Assembly (NCBI GenBank): GCA_947494155.1
Contig: CANLTW010000009.1
Location: 1 to 58,110, forward strand
DNA from: Chlamydiota bacterium
GTDB lineage: Bacteria > Chlamydiota > Chlamydiia > Chlamydiales > RGXB01
Direction: 5' to 3'
DNA: 58,110 bases
Shown: positions 1 through 10,563 of the stretch, piece after piece
Position numbering within the stretch: position 1 is the first letter of the stretch
How the letters are laid out: every line of letters starts with the position of its first letter
Notes under the pieces: generated by a model
What the model was told of the DNA's origin: nothing
The model's input: the letters and a program-made list of their open reading frames with translations, nothing else
Database searches by the model: none
Position numbers and translations under genes: made by a program

Positions 1-10
1 GGTTTTTTTG

Positions 11-3000
11 TTAAAGGGGCCCTTTTTGGTACCAAGAGGGGGGGCAGGTTAGGGGGGGTACTTTTCTTTGATCGACAAGAAAATCTAAATTGATCTCATT
101 TCCTTTAGCGGCAAGTCTTTGTGAATAGATTTTAGCCGTTAAAAAAGCGATAGCGGCAACAATATCTTGTTTTTGCAACTGAATCGTTTCCAATTTACCG
201 CTGTAGCGGATGGGGAGTACAAAGCTTGGGCTTAACTGTTCAATACCAAGGGTTTGCGCTAAAGTAAGACCCGAAATTCCTAGGAAGAGTGTTGTGTCTT
301 TATTTTCAAGATCGGTCGAGCCCCAGAGAACAAGCCAAATCTTGTTTGCCACTAAAAGATCGAGTCGAGGAAGATATAAGGTGCCATTGAGTATGCTTAA
401 GCTTGCTGGGCGCTGGTCAAAACTTTGTTTTTGGTTTTCTCCACAGACAGGAACACAATAGACAAGAACATTTCCTTTATAACCCACATTTAAGCTGCTG
501 AGAACCGACTGTGTATTCCCTTCAACCTTTGTTTCCACAACAAAAGGTGAAAAGACAATTTTGGGAACCTGGATCTCCTGGGGTTTAAAGGGAAACAGCG
601 GGATTCTTACATCTCTTGGGGGGATAGTGAAGGGGACCCAGCTTGTTTTTTGCAAAAGTGCATCTCCTACTCGTATATTTCTTATACGCCCCTTAACAGG
701 AGCAGTTAACGTGCAAACGCTTTTATCTACTTTAGCATCCAGATCTATTTGAAACGTTTCCCCTTGGAGGTGGAGGGCGCTTTTGCCGTTACCTTGCGTG
801 ACATCCATAAAGGCTGTTCCGTCAATTTTAGGACCTAAGTAAGCGAAATCCAGCGTGGGAAATTTGTCAAATGCACCAAAAAGATTGAGTGAGTTGGGTT
901 GTAGAGGGTCATAAATACAGCGTAAAGAAGATGAGCCCTTTAAAGAGGTGTCTTGGATTTGTGACTGGGAGGTGGAGGTATCTATTTGGATTGTAAAGGG
1001 GCCAAAGCCTCTCTTGTCGATGGAAAAATTGGTTTGATGAAAGAAACCGTCTGTGCCCGTTTTTTCATTCATTAACCCAATATTTTTAGCCTCCATCTGG
1101 GCAACCAACTCAAGTTTTTTGTGATCTTGATCAAAGGGGAAAAATAGCGATTGGCAATCGATTTTTATTTGCCCACCCTTTGTTATTTTAATACGCTGGT
1201 CTTTTAAGAGCGGGAAATTTTCTAATGACGAAAGGGAACAGGTTACAGTCGACTTTTTGAGATTTTTTGAGAGGGTGAAGCCCTCTTTGGTATAGGTTCC
1301 AAAAAGCTCTGCTTTGATAAAGGGGTTTTCGAGCCTAAGCTCCCCTTGCGCACTATCGTTACCCTTCGCGTTGGCATGAATTTCCATAGACCTGCCTAAA
1401 AGATTCGTAGCTTGTTCACCAAAAAGCTGCACGGGAAAATTTTTTGCATCCACCTCAATATCGATCGATTTAAGCTCCCCCTTTTTTGTCCTAAAAAAAC
1501 CTTCAGAGCTAAAAAAGCCCACGACTTTTTGTGGATCAAAAAAATCGATGTGAGTCTTATATTTTACCGTATTCATCCCTTTTTCCTGCTGATAATTCAG
1601 CTGGGCTTTCCCCCCTTCAATTTCTAGATGAAGAGAATCTAGAGTGCTTTTGATGAAATTAAGTTGGATGGAAAGGGTATTTTGATTATCGACATCCCAG
1701 CTATAGGAGGGGATAACCCCAGAAAAAGCCAACCCTTGGGGAATTTTTAAAACGAGGGGGGAGGATTGAATCGAGTGGATTTTTTTGCAGTAGTCCTCTA
1801 CAGAAAATGCTGTTTCAAGATGCCCATTTGGTACTTGAAGTTGAACATTCTCCACGGTAAATTTTTTTAAATCACCCTTGATTTCCCCGAAAATGGAGCC
1901 TTCACCAAAGAAAAACTCGCTATAAGGACCTGTAAGTTTATTGAATGCACCAGCAAAGCTCCCCTTTAATGGGGAATTGAGGGATTTTTCTAATTCGAGC
2001 TGTTGGATCGTAAAATCAAATTGATATTCTTTAAGTCTTAAGGGAAATTGTGAGTCCCCCCCTTTGATTAAAAACGCATAATCCCCGTTTTCTCTGGACA
2101 ATTTTTCGATCGCATAATTTCCTAAATTAGAGGCGATCTTTGTCGGTTCCATTAGGCTAAATCCTGTATCGGTCAGCTGAATTTTTGTAGCGGGTAGCGT
2201 AAGATTCTCCGCTGACAAAAGAAAAGTCACAATCCTTTCGGTAAGATCCCCCTTTAAGGAGACAAAGGGGCCCAGCTCTTTCAAAATTTCCCCATTTGTA
2301 AAGAGCTCTCCCCATGAGGTGGAGAGGTTATTGATTTGAAAAGAGTAGGTATCTTTCAATGTTTTAAGGGTCAAGGACCCTTTTTTAGGTTGGATAAGCT
2401 GGGAGTCTAAACTGAAATTTTTCCATTTCCGATCAAATTGAAACGTTTGTACGGTGAGTTTTGTCTGTTGTGCAGTACGCAGTTTCAAAGGATTTTTCAG
2501 TAGAATAGACCACTCTTCAAGCGATTGAACAGTGCCCCCAATAGAGGCATTATCCTCTAATTTGTAAGGGAGTTTGAGCCGCTCGATAAGTGTATTGGTA
2601 AAGACATAGCTCCATATACAGGGTCTTGTGAAAGATAGAGCCTCTTCATCAAAATTAACGGCCATATCTAGGTAAATGTTCGGGGAATCAAGATTTAAAA
2701 TACCTACAAAAGAGGGATCAAACCTAAGATTTACTTGGGAATTAAGCTTTGTTCCTAAAAGGTCGTTTAAAAGGGGAGACCAAAGTAACGGCAGAGATTT
2801 TGATCGAAAGTCGAAAGACCCTTTAAAAGAAAATAGGGGATTTTTTTTTAGGGAGATCAATTCCCTCCAATCTTCATCATACATAAGATCGGTATCTAAA
2901 GAGAAATTTCCCTCTACTTGGTCATAGCTCGCATTAGCCTCTAGTTTGCTAGACAGAAAATTTTTCCCCAATTGCACATTCCCATTTATCTCGCTGAAGT

Positions 3001-3433
3001 CGGCTCCGTTATAGCGAAAAAACCCGTTTTGAATATAGGCTTTGAAAAAAAAATCGTTAAAAACTACAGGTTTTTCTCCCCCCTCTTTGGATGGGGAAAT
3101 GCTCTCCAATGTGAGATTAGGTTTTTTAAAGGTGATATCGGTGGTTTCTAAAAAAAGGAGCGCCCAATAGATACCTGAGTGAACCTCTATCTCGTCTATG
3201 GTTCCCTGCACTTTTTTTGTATTTAATTTCACCTGAATGAAACGCATTTTTCCAAAAGGGGTCAGGGAAGCCTCTTGCATGTTTACTGAACCCTCAAGCA
3301 AACGGCTGGCAACTTTTTCTACAAGAACTTTAGGGGTAATATAGGGGAGTACTATCAAAAAAAGGGGGATGGCACAAAGCCAAAATGCCAGACACTTAAA
3401 GATTTTTCCGGAGAGTACCTCGAATAGCTTCAT
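11..3433 (-). CDS. Large N-terminally anchored, beta-rich envelope protein, possibly AsmA/TamB-like
   Basis: 1140 aa ORF; one N-terminal hydrophobic segment, then alternating hydrophobic beta-strand pattern throughout. Family assignment is inference. Confidence 0.55.
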   Translation of the reverse strand: MKLFEVLSGKIFKCLAFWLCAIPLFLIVLPYITPKVLVEKVASRLLEGSVNMQEASLTPFGKMRFIQVKLNTKKVQGTIDEIEVHSGIYWALLFLETTDITFKKPNLTLESISPSKEGGEKPVVFNDFFFKAYIQNGFFRYNGADFSEINGNVQLGKNFLSSKLEANASYDQVEGNFSLDTDLMYDEDWRELISLKKNPLFSFKGSFDFRSKSLPLLWSPLLNDLLGTKLNSQVNLRFDPSFVGILNLDSPNIYLDMAVNFDEEALSFTRPCIWSYVFTNTLIERLKLPYKLEDNASIGGTVQSLEEWSILLKNPLKLRTAQQTKLTVQTFQFDRKWKNFSLDSQLIQPKKGSLTLKTLKDTYSFQINNLSTSWGELFTNGEILKELGPFVSLKGDLTERIVTFLLSAENLTLPATKIQLTDTGFSLMEPTKIASNLGNYAIEKLSRENGDYAFLIKGGDSQFPLRLKEYQFDFTIQQLELEKSLNSPLKGSFAGAFNKLTGPYSEFFFGEGSIFGEIKGDLKKFTVENVQLQVPNGHLETAFSVEDYCKKIHSIQSSPLVLKIPQGLAFSGVIPSYSWDVDNQNTLSIQLNFIKSTLDSLHLEIEGGKAQLNYQQEKGMNTVKYKTHIDFFDPQKVVGFFSSEGFFRTKKGELKSIDIEVDAKNFPVQLFGEQATNLLGRSMEIHANAKGNDSAQGELRLENPFIKAELFGTYTKEGFTLSKNLKKSTVTCSLSSLENFPLLKDQRIKITKGGQIKIDCQSLFFPFDQDHKKLELVAQMEAKNIGLMNEKTGTDGFFHQTNFSIDKRGFGPFTIQIDTSTSQSQIQDTSLKGSSSLRCIYDPLQPNSLNLFGAFDKFPTLDFAYLGPKIDGTAFMDVTQGNGKSALHLQGETFQIDLDAKVDKSVCTLTAPVKGRIRNIRVGDALLQKTSWVPFTIPPRDVRIPLFPFKPQEIQVPKIVFSPFVVETKVEGNTQSVLSSLNVGYKGNVLVYCVPVCGENQKQSFDQRPASLSILNGTLYLPRLDLLVANKIWLVLWGSTDLENKDTTLFLGISGLTLAQTLGIEQLSPSFVLPIRYSGKLETIQLQKQDIVAAIAFLTAKIYSQRLAAKGNEINLDFLVDQRKVPPLTCPPSWYQKGPL

Positions 3434-3510
3434 CTCCTTGATAGATAGCCTCTAATTTAAGAGTTTGTCAAGAACAATAGGCTTTTTTTGCATCATGATA
3501 CGTGAGATAA

Positions 3511-5352
3511 TTACTCCACCGTAACCGATTTGGCAAGATTTTTGGGGTGATCAATGTCGTGCCCTTTTTCTAAAGCTACGTAGAAGGCAAAAAGCTGCAA
3601 AGCTACCGAAAATAGAATCGGTAAGAGCGCAGGTTCAATCGTTGCATCAATGGAGAAGGAGAAATCGGGGGAAATCTCCTCTAAGGGGTGCTGTTTTTGG
3701 TGCAAAGCAAAAATTTTTCCCTTGCGCGCCTGGATTTCCTGCACATTAGAGCAGGTTTTTTGGAATGTGGGTCCATGACCGAGAAGGGCTATCGTAAGGG
3801 TGTTTTCGTCTACAAGGGCCAGAGGACCATGTTTTAATTCTCCGGCTGGATAGCATAGGCTATAAATGTAGCTGATCTCTTTGAGCTTCAAAGAGGATTC
3901 CAAGGCGGTATAAAACATGTACTGGCGGCCCACAAATAGGATACGATCGATTTGGCTCGCTTTTCTTGCAATCTCTTGTATTTCCCTTTTTTTCTCGAGA
4001 ATTGCCTCTACTAAACTTGGTAGGGTTCTTAGGTTTTGTATCCAGGTATTTCCCTGCGGTAGGGCCCCATATTTGATCTGGGTGAATTCTAAAGTCAAAA
4101 GATAGAGCAAAAGGAGCTGGCTCGTGAAGGCCTTGGTTGAGCAGACGCTGATCTCTAAACCTGCCTGAGTCATTAGGTGGTAATCAGACTCTCGAATGAT
4201 AGAGGAGTGCTGCACATTGGTAATGGACAGAATTTTTGCTTTTCGTCGCTTTGCCTCTCTAAGCGCCCCTATGGTATCAGCAGTCTCTCCCGATTGAGAA
4301 ATACCGATAACAAGGGTTGTCTCATCGGTTAAGGTCTCTTTATAACGATATTCAGATGCGATGTGGGCGTTGGCAGGTATGCGGGTTAGCTCTTCGATAA
4401 AGTGGGCACAAATGCAGGCCGCGTGGTAGGAGGTTCCACAGCCTACGAGTGCAATTTTTGTCACTGTTGGGAAAAATTGATAGAAACTTTTCGGTAAATT
4501 AACCAAAACTCGATCCTGCTCCAGATCATAACGCCCCTCAAGAGTACGCCTAATAGCGCTGGGTTGTTCATGAATCTCTTTGAGCATGTAATGGGAAAAT
4601 TCCCCCTTTTCATGAGAGGTGTTTTTGATTGTCAGAGGAGCAAATTTCAACGGGATGATCTCCCCATCCTTACCAAAAATTTCGAGGGCATTTTCGTTGA
4701 TTAGAGCAATCTGATCATCCTCAAGGTCAACGGTCAAAAAGTCCCCCTCATAGAGGGCATTTCTGTCTGAGGTTACAAGAATCTGCCCCTGCTTTTGATC
4801 CACAGCTAAAATCAGAGGCTTATCCCTTTTAGTCGCAATTAGGGTATTGGGGTAGTCTTTATGAATACAGGCTACTGCAAAAGAGCCCTCTAAAGAAGAG
4901 TGCAATTTTTGGATGGTTTCCAAAAGCTTTTGGTCATAAAAATGGGTAAAAAGGTGCGCAATTACCTCGGTATCGGTAGCAGAGATAAACTTTACTCCGC
5001 TATTTTCCAAATATTGTTTCAACTCAAAGAAGTTTTCAATGATACCATTATGGACAATTGCCAGAGAATTTGTCGAGTCGATGTGGGGATGAGCATTACA
5101 CTCAACAACCCCTCCATGAGTTGCCCAGCGAGTGTGGGCAATAGAGACCGATTTTAGGTTTTTAAGGTGGGCAACCCTTTTTTCTAAAAGCTCTACCTTA
5201 CCGCAACTTTTGACAATTTCAATCTCTTTATGATGCATGAGTGCGATTCCTGAAGAATCGTAACCCCGGTATTCAAGTTTCTTCAAACCTGCTATGCACA
5301 AATCCACACTTGAAGTGGCAATCTTTCCCGAGATGCCAAAAATTCCACACAT
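3511..5352 (-). CDS. glmS: Glutamine--fructose-6-phosphate aminotransferase (isomerizing)
   Basis: MCGIFG start, LEYRGYDS, HTRWATHG, GELKHGP, C-terminal NLAKSVTVE. Confidence 0.98.
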   Translation of the reverse strand: MCGIFGISGKIATSSVDLCIAGLKKLEYRGYDSSGIALMHHKEIEIVKSCGKVELLEKRVAHLKNLKSVSIAHTRWATHGGVVECNAHPHIDSTNSLAIVHNGIIENFFELKQYLENSGVKFISATDTEVIAHLFTHFYDQKLLETIQKLHSSLEGSFAVACIHKDYPNTLIATKRDKPLILAVDQKQGQILVTSDRNALYEGDFLTVDLEDDQIALINENALEIFGKDGEIIPLKFAPLTIKNTSHEKGEFSHYMLKEIHEQPSAIRRTLEGRYDLEQDRVLVNLPKSFYQFFPTVTKIALVGCGTSYHAACICAHFIEELTRIPANAHIASEYRYKETLTDETTLVIGISQSGETADTIGALREAKRRKAKILSITNVQHSSIIRESDYHLMTQAGLEISVCSTKAFTSQLLLLYLLTLEFTQIKYGALPQGNTWIQNLRTLPSLVEAILEKKREIQEIARKASQIDRILFVGRQYMFYTALESSLKLKEISYIYSLCYPAGELKHGPLALVDENTLTIALLGHGPTFQKTCSNVQEIQARKGKIFALHQKQHPLEEISPDFSFSIDATIEPALLPILFSVALQLFAFYVALEKGHDIDHPKNLAKSVTVE

Positions 5353-5432
5353 AGGGAAAGTTCTACCTTACAAGGTCTGAAAAAGTAAAGAGAATAATCG
5401 ACAAAAAGAGCATTAAGAATTCTGTTAAAAGA

Positions 5433-6194
5433 TTAAAGGCAAATCGAGTTCTCTTTTTTTTCACATTTGAGGCATAAAAAGAGGGGAAACTCTTTGCGGC
5501 AACGGTTTTCCATTTGCGATTTCGCCCCGACACTTGTTTTGTTTGAAACAAGCTCTTCAATCTCTAAAATGTTGAATTGAGCCTGTTTGAGCCACTTACT
5601 TAGAGTGGAGAGAGAAAAATGGTGGTGGAAAACCTTTTTTGTCTCTTTTTTTGAGGGATGAATTTCTATGGGGATCAGATTTTCTGTTAGGTAGGACTCA
5701 ATCTTGCGGTACTGCATTTTTTTGTTTTCGTCGATACCCCAACCCGATTGTCTTGGTATGCGAAAACAGGGGTGGTTAATAACGATCCAAAGCTCTTTTT
5801 TTGTTTTCAAAAGTTTGTAAGCATTCTCAAGAGCGATAAGGGGTTCTTGCATATCTTGTAACGATAGCAAAAAAAGGGCGATGTCGAATTCTTCGGTGCT
5901 TTTTAATATAGGGGTCGTGAGATCTTGTACATGGCAAGAATGGATCCCTTTTGCTTTGGCAGCTTGTACTAAAGATTTAGAGGCATCGTAACCAACATAG
6001 GTCCAGTTTTTGGGGATTTGAGTGGCAAAAAAAGCCTGTCCACAACCGAGATCCACAATTTTTTTGGGAGTAGAAGAGAACCAGGTTTTTAAAAAGGGGA
6101 GGATTACCTCTTGATGGTAATAGTGGCCCGAATCTCCCACCAATTGATCATACCACTTAGCCCCCTCTTCCCACCCTGTACTTTTTCTTTCCAT
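5433..6194 (-). CDS. Class I SAM-dependent methyltransferase
   Basis: VDLGCGQA motif I; NHPCFRIPRQSGW conserved block. Confidence 0.88.
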   Translation of the reverse strand: MERKSTGWEEGAKWYDQLVGDSGHYYHQEVILPFLKTWFSSTPKKIVDLGCGQAFFATQIPKNWTYVGYDASKSLVQAAKAKGIHSCHVQDLTTPILKSTEEFDIALFLLSLQDMQEPLIALENAYKLLKTKKELWIVINHPCFRIPRQSGWGIDENKKMQYRKIESYLTENLIPIEIHPSKKETKKVFHHHFSLSTLSKWLKQAQFNILEIEELVSNKTSVGAKSQMENRCRKEFPLFLCLKCEKKENSICL

Positions 6195-6298
6195 TCGAAA
6201 AACTCTTGTCTTTTGAAAGGGCTATTGTAGAGGAAAAAAAGATTCCCATAAACCCTTTTTCCAAATGGGAAAGCTCTGGTTAAAAACAAAAAAACAGA

Positions 6299-8299
6299 TC
6301 AGTCCCTTAGAACAATCCGTGCATCCAAAATCAAAAACTCTTTTGGCAATGCGATGAGAGGATTGATGTCCAACTCGAGTATTTCGGGTCTTGAGGCTAC
6401 AAAGAGGGAAAACACGCTAAAGAACTCGGCTAATTTTCCCTTATCCACAGGACCCATATTCCTATAGCCGGTCAATGCAAGGTCGATTTTTGTTTTTTCA
6501 AAGAGCTCCAGCGCCTCATCGGGTGAGAGGGGGGGGATAGCAAAAGCAATATCTTTATACAGTTCTACAGTAATTCCCCCAGATCCAAAAGAGACGAGCG
6601 GGCCAGCCATAGGATCACGAATCATCCCAAATAATAGCTCTATGCCCCCTTTCAGACTGCACATTTTTTGGACTGTAACCCCTTCAAAGCCAGTGCGAAT
6701 TTTCAAGGCGATCTCTTCATAAGCCAGCCCCACCTCCTCGCTGTTTTGCAAATTAAGCTTTACCCCACCCACGTCAGATTTATGTGTGATGGTTGTGGAG
6801 TTTAATTTCACCACGCAGGGGAAACCTATTTTTTGGGCCGCCTCTATTGCTTCTTGTTTTGTTGAGGCTAAAATAGTATGTACTACGGGAAGACCCGCCT
6901 TTGATAGTAGCTCTTTGGATTCAAACTCTGTTAAAAGTGTTCTGCCTTTTGTGACGGGAAGCCCAATCTCCTTTTGGAATTTTTTTCCTAGATAGGAGGT
7001 AGTTTGGTGCGCTTTTTGAATTTTTTTATCGTGTTCAATAATTTTCGCTAGTATTTTAGCCGCTCGATCCGGCGTAGTGAAGTGGGGAATCTGCTTTTTT
7101 TTTAAGTATTTTACACCGTCAAGGGTCTGTTTTTGCCCCACGAAACTGCAACAAACAGGGAAACTCCCGTTAACCTCTTGGAGTACCTCGGCGATTTTTA
7201 CAAAATCGGTCATTGATTGGGGCGAACCAATCACGATAAGAGCATCAATAGTATTTTTGCTTTTTAACTCAATAATCGCTTTTCTATAGGCTTCTTCAGT
7301 AGCATCTCCCAAAACATCGATGGGGGGGAGCGCCTTGGCACCGTTTAGCTCGATCGCATCTGTAGTCAAAACACCCATCCCACCCGCATTTGTGAGGATA
7401 CCTATGCGGTCTCCTTGAGGAATCTGTTGAAGCGAATAGTAGATAAAAAGGTCAAAAAAGTCCTCCATTGTCTCCGCTCTTAGCACTAGCCCCTTGTTAA
7501 ATATCGCGGCTACTGCCGTATCTGAACCGACTAAAGATCCAGTATGCGAAGCGGCCGCTTCGCTTCCAGCTTCACTCCGTCCCGGTTTTATGGCGATGAT
7601 CGGTTTTTTAAAAGAGGTGCTTCGACAGACTTTAATAAACTCTTCTGCATTTCCAATAGTCTCCATATACAAAAAGATCGAATGGGTCTTTGGGTCGTGT
7701 GCGAGGTACTCAATACAGTCTTTAAATTCTACGTCGGACATCGAGCCGATGGAGATAAATGCGCTAAATCCTATCCCCAGGTCGTTAGCATAATCCAGCA
7801 AGGAGGTGCACATTGCCCCCGACTGGCTTATGAAACCTACCCCACCTACTGCCGCCATATTTTTAGCAAAGGTGGCGTTTAGATTTGAATAGGGGGACAT
7901 GATCCCAAGGCAGTTAGGCCCTATGATGCGTATGCCGTGCACTTTAGCGATTGCAAGGATTCTATTTTCTAGCTCTAACCCCTCTTTTCCCATCTCTTTA
8001 AATCCTGCAGAGATGATGATGACGCTTTTAATATTTTTTTTTCCTAGCTGGGTCAGAGTATCAGGAACAAGGTCGGCTTTGATTGCGATAACTGCCAAAT
8101 CTACAGGCTGGTCAATATCTAGAACTGAAGCTAAACAGGGGTGCCCTAAAACCTCTTTTCTTTTCGGATTGATCAGAAACAGACGCCCTTCAAATTCAAG
8201 GAGGTTTTCCACTATGGCGCGTCCAACGCTCCCCTCTTTGTCGGTTGCGCCAACAAACACGACTCCGTGGGGATGTAAAAAAGAGACTAAAGATTGCAT
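6299..8299 (-). CDS. ADP-forming acetate/acyl-CoA ligase family (fused alpha-beta)
   Basis: CoA-binding domain, IIGPNCLG, SQSGA, phospho-His motif SHTG, C-terminal ATP-grasp HKSDVGGV and LDINPL; no GNAT tail. Confidence 0.9.
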   Translation of the reverse strand: MQSLVSFLHPHGVVFVGATDKEGSVGRAIVENLLEFEGRLFLINPKRKEVLGHPCLASVLDIDQPVDLAVIAIKADLVPDTLTQLGKKNIKSVIIISAGFKEMGKEGLELENRILAIAKVHGIRIIGPNCLGIMSPYSNLNATFAKNMAAVGGVGFISQSGAMCTSLLDYANDLGIGFSAFISIGSMSDVEFKDCIEYLAHDPKTHSIFLYMETIGNAEEFIKVCRSTSFKKPIIAIKPGRSEAGSEAAASHTGSLVGSDTAVAAIFNKGLVLRAETMEDFFDLFIYYSLQQIPQGDRIGILTNAGGMGVLTTDAIELNGAKALPPIDVLGDATEEAYRKAIIELKSKNTIDALIVIGSPQSMTDFVKIAEVLQEVNGSFPVCCSFVGQKQTLDGVKYLKKKQIPHFTTPDRAAKILAKIIEHDKKIQKAHQTTSYLGKKFQKEIGLPVTKGRTLLTEFESKELLSKAGLPVVHTILASTKQEAIEAAQKIGFPCVVKLNSTTITHKSDVGGVKLNLQNSEEVGLAYEEIALKIRTGFEGVTVQKMCSLKGGIELLFGMIRDPMAGPLVSFGSGGITVELYKDIAFAIPPLSPDEALELFEKTKIDLALTGYRNMGPVDKGKLAEFFSVFSLFVASRPEILELDINPLIALPKEFLILDARIVLRD

Positions 8300-8353
8300 A
8301 AATCCCTCAATAGCAAAAAAGGGATTTATTTATAAGATGTTTTATATTTTTCT

Positions 8354-9040
8354 TTATTTGAAAGACTTAAACACTTCCCTATCTATTTTTGGCCTTGATG
8401 CTAAGGTTTTTTCAATGTACTGCATCGCCCCTTGATACAGCTGGATGGCCGGAGGGGTAACCTGCTCAATAATTTCGCCTATTAATTTGCTTGTATCCCT
8501 GGGTGTCGGGGGGGGATAGCGAAACTTGAAACTGTTGTCAATCCACAACTTATGTTTCATGACCTCACGAATGGTTTGTGGTACAGGGGTATGGATGTGG
8601 TACAGGCTTAAGTAGTCTATGGGATGGAAGATTCTATAAAGGGCCAGCCTGGTGAGAATAGGCTTCGAACAGTGTTCCGGTACAGATTTAAAACGTTCGC
8701 TGGTCCAACCGTGAGAGGCTCTGAAAAGAGTTTGGATAAAATCGGGTTCGGAAATCCTGACGATCTCCTCGTCAGGTAGCTCAAAAAGGGGGTCTGGATG
8801 TTTATTTACTAAAGCTCTTTGGAGACTTTCAGAGGATCGATCACAAAATTGCACCAAAAACAGATCCAGCTTATTTGCTAAAAAGACACTTGTAATTACC
8901 CCATCAGGATCTTTTTGGTAGGTTCTTGAGGGGGGAGTGAGTGGCTCGGGGGGGGAGCAAGAAGTTGTGCTTGCATCGCTTAGACTGTCTCTGTCTAGGA
9001 GGTCTTCTCGTCTTGGAGGAATTTGAATAGGATTTGACAT
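8354..9040 (-). CDS. Hypothetical protein with Ser/Pro-rich N-terminus, effector-like
   Basis: ORF fills the gap between neighbours; likely start MSNPIQIPP at 9040. Confidence 0.65.
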   Translation of the reverse strand: MSNPIQIPPRREDLLDRDSLSDASTTSCSPPEPLTPPSRTYQKDPDGVITSVFLANKLDLFLVQFCDRSSESLQRALVNKHPDPLFELPDEEIVRISEPDFIQTLFRASHGWTSERFKSVPEHCSKPILTRLALYRIFHPIDYLSLYHIHTPVPQTIREVMKHKLWIDNSFKFRYPPPTPRDTSKLIGEIIEQVTPPAIQLYQGAMQYIEKTLASRPKIDREVFKSFK

Positions 9041-9077
9041 ATGCTCGATTAAAATTTTAAACAAGCTTAATCAAAAT

Positions 9078-9638
9078 TTAATTTTTATTCAAGGCCCCAG
9101 CAGTCAAAATATAGTTCATTGCTTGCTCGATTGTTAGATTGATCGGGCGAATTTTTTCTTTAGGTAAAATTAGTGTATATCCTCCGATCTGATAACTCAT
9201 GGGGAAATAGACCACCACCTCATTATCCGATCCTATAGGTTGTTTAGGGGATTTATCGGTTAGAAACCCGATTAATCGGAATTCTCCAAATTGCACCTCG
9301 ACGACAAGGCTCATATTCTCCTCTTTTTTTCCAAAGAAGCTCAAAAGATCTTTCAAGGAGCTGTAGAGGGTTTTAATCAAAGGGATTTTAGATATGAGCT
9401 TTTCCATGTACTCATAAATCAGCCTGCTGAGCCAGTAGTTGACTAAAAAGCCCACGATAAAAATGGAGATGATGATCACAAGAACGCCCATACCGGGAAA
9501 GTAGTAATCGGACCCAAAAATAAACTGTAGAGGTTTTTTTAGTATCCCTTCCGCAAAGTCAAACAGCCAAATAATGAGTGCTAAAGTGAGTGCAATCGGG
9601 GCCAAAGTAAAAAGGCCCTGCATAAATATTCTTCCCAT
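9078..9638 (-). CDS. DUF502 family membrane protein
   Basis: GLFTLAPIALT, KIPLIKTLYSSLKD, VYFPMSYQIGGY. Confidence 0.88.
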   Translation of the reverse strand: MGRIFMQGLFTLAPIALTLALIIWLFDFAEGILKKPLQFIFGSDYYFPGMGVLVIIISIFIVGFLVNYWLSRLIYEYMEKLISKIPLIKTLYSSLKDLLSFFGKKEENMSLVVEVQFGEFRLIGFLTDKSPKQPIGSDNEVVVYFPMSYQIGGYTLILPKEKIRPINLTIEQAMNYILTAGALNKN

Positions 9639-9874
9639 AGTTATGATGCTACTTAAATCAGATTTTTTTTGGTATCTTGCTTTACGTTTTAAAATAATTT
9701 AAACGTTTGAAAAAAAAGAGGTCAAAAAACGGGTGTATTCGAAAAATCGTAGTAGAATTATGAAAGGGGTCTAAAGTATAACTTTAGCATACGAGATTTT
9801 GGCGCAATGGGGGAGCTTTTTACAAAAAGCGGGCCAATACCCTCTTTTTTGGACTTAAATCATTTGGAGGTCAT

Positions 9875-10411
9875 GTGAAAAACACTAGTAAATGGATCTG
9901 GTCACATCTTATTTTATTAAGCGGAGTCTTTATGTCATTAACAGCTAAACCGATCATTGTTTTAGAGACAAATCAGGGAAATATTGAGTTAGAGCTTAAA
10001 CCAGAAATTGCTCCTACTGCGTGTGAAAACTTTGAAAAGCTTGTCAAAAAGGGGTATTATGACGGTATTGTATTTCACCGTGTGATTCCAAATTTTATGA
10101 TCCAATCAGGGGATCCGACAGGAACAGGGGCTGGAGGGGAGTCTATATTTGGGAAATCATTCCAAGATGAGTGTACCTCAAAGGTTCTATTTTCGAAAAA
10201 AGGGCTTTTAGCTATGGCTAATCGTGGGCCAAATACCAACGGAAGCCAGTTTTTTATCACAACAGTACCCACAAGCTGGCTCAATGGTAGACACACTATT
10301 TTTGGAGAAGTGGTGAGCGGTTATGATGTGGTTGAAAAAATCGAAAGAACAAAAACGCGTAATGATCGCCCTATCGAAGAGCAAAAAATTATCAAAGCTT
10401 ATGTGAAATAG
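9875..10411 (+). CDS. Cyclophilin-type peptidyl-prolyl isomerase
   Basis: FHRVIPNFMIQSGDP, AMANRGPNTNGSQFFI, WLNGRHTIFG; GGAGG before GTG start. Confidence 0.96.
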   Translation: MKNTSKWIWSHLILLSGVFMSLTAKPIIVLETNQGNIELELKPEIAPTACENFEKLVKKGYYDGIVFHRVIPNFMIQSGDPTGTGAGGESIFGKSFQDECTSKVLFSKKGLLAMANRGPNTNGSQFFITTVPTSWLNGRHTIFGEVVSGYDVVEKIERTKTRNDRPIEEQKIIKAYVK

Positions 10412-10424
10412 CCTTGCGCTTTCC

Positions 10425-10452
10425 TTACCCCCTTGAAAAAAAAGGGGGGTAA
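10425..10452 (+). terminator. Hairpin downstream of cyclophilin gene
   Basis: ttaccccc...gggggtaa inverted repeat; U-tract weak. Confidence 0.4.
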
Positions 10453-10563
10453 AGAGCTCCAATAAACCCTTTTTTCGTAGAGAAATTTTCAAACGAGGGT
10501 GTACATCTTTAAGAAAAAATGTTAATCAGGTACTTCAAGGATAATTCTAAGGGGATAGTGCCG

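Noticed and set aside
5353..5432. glmS ribozyme upstream of glmS
   Set aside because: Only ~80 bp of AT-rich spacer with no recognisable ribozyme core
7899..8435. 178 aa plus-strand ORF and similar antisense ORFs throughout the window
   Set aside because: Antisense to well-supported genes; no motifs
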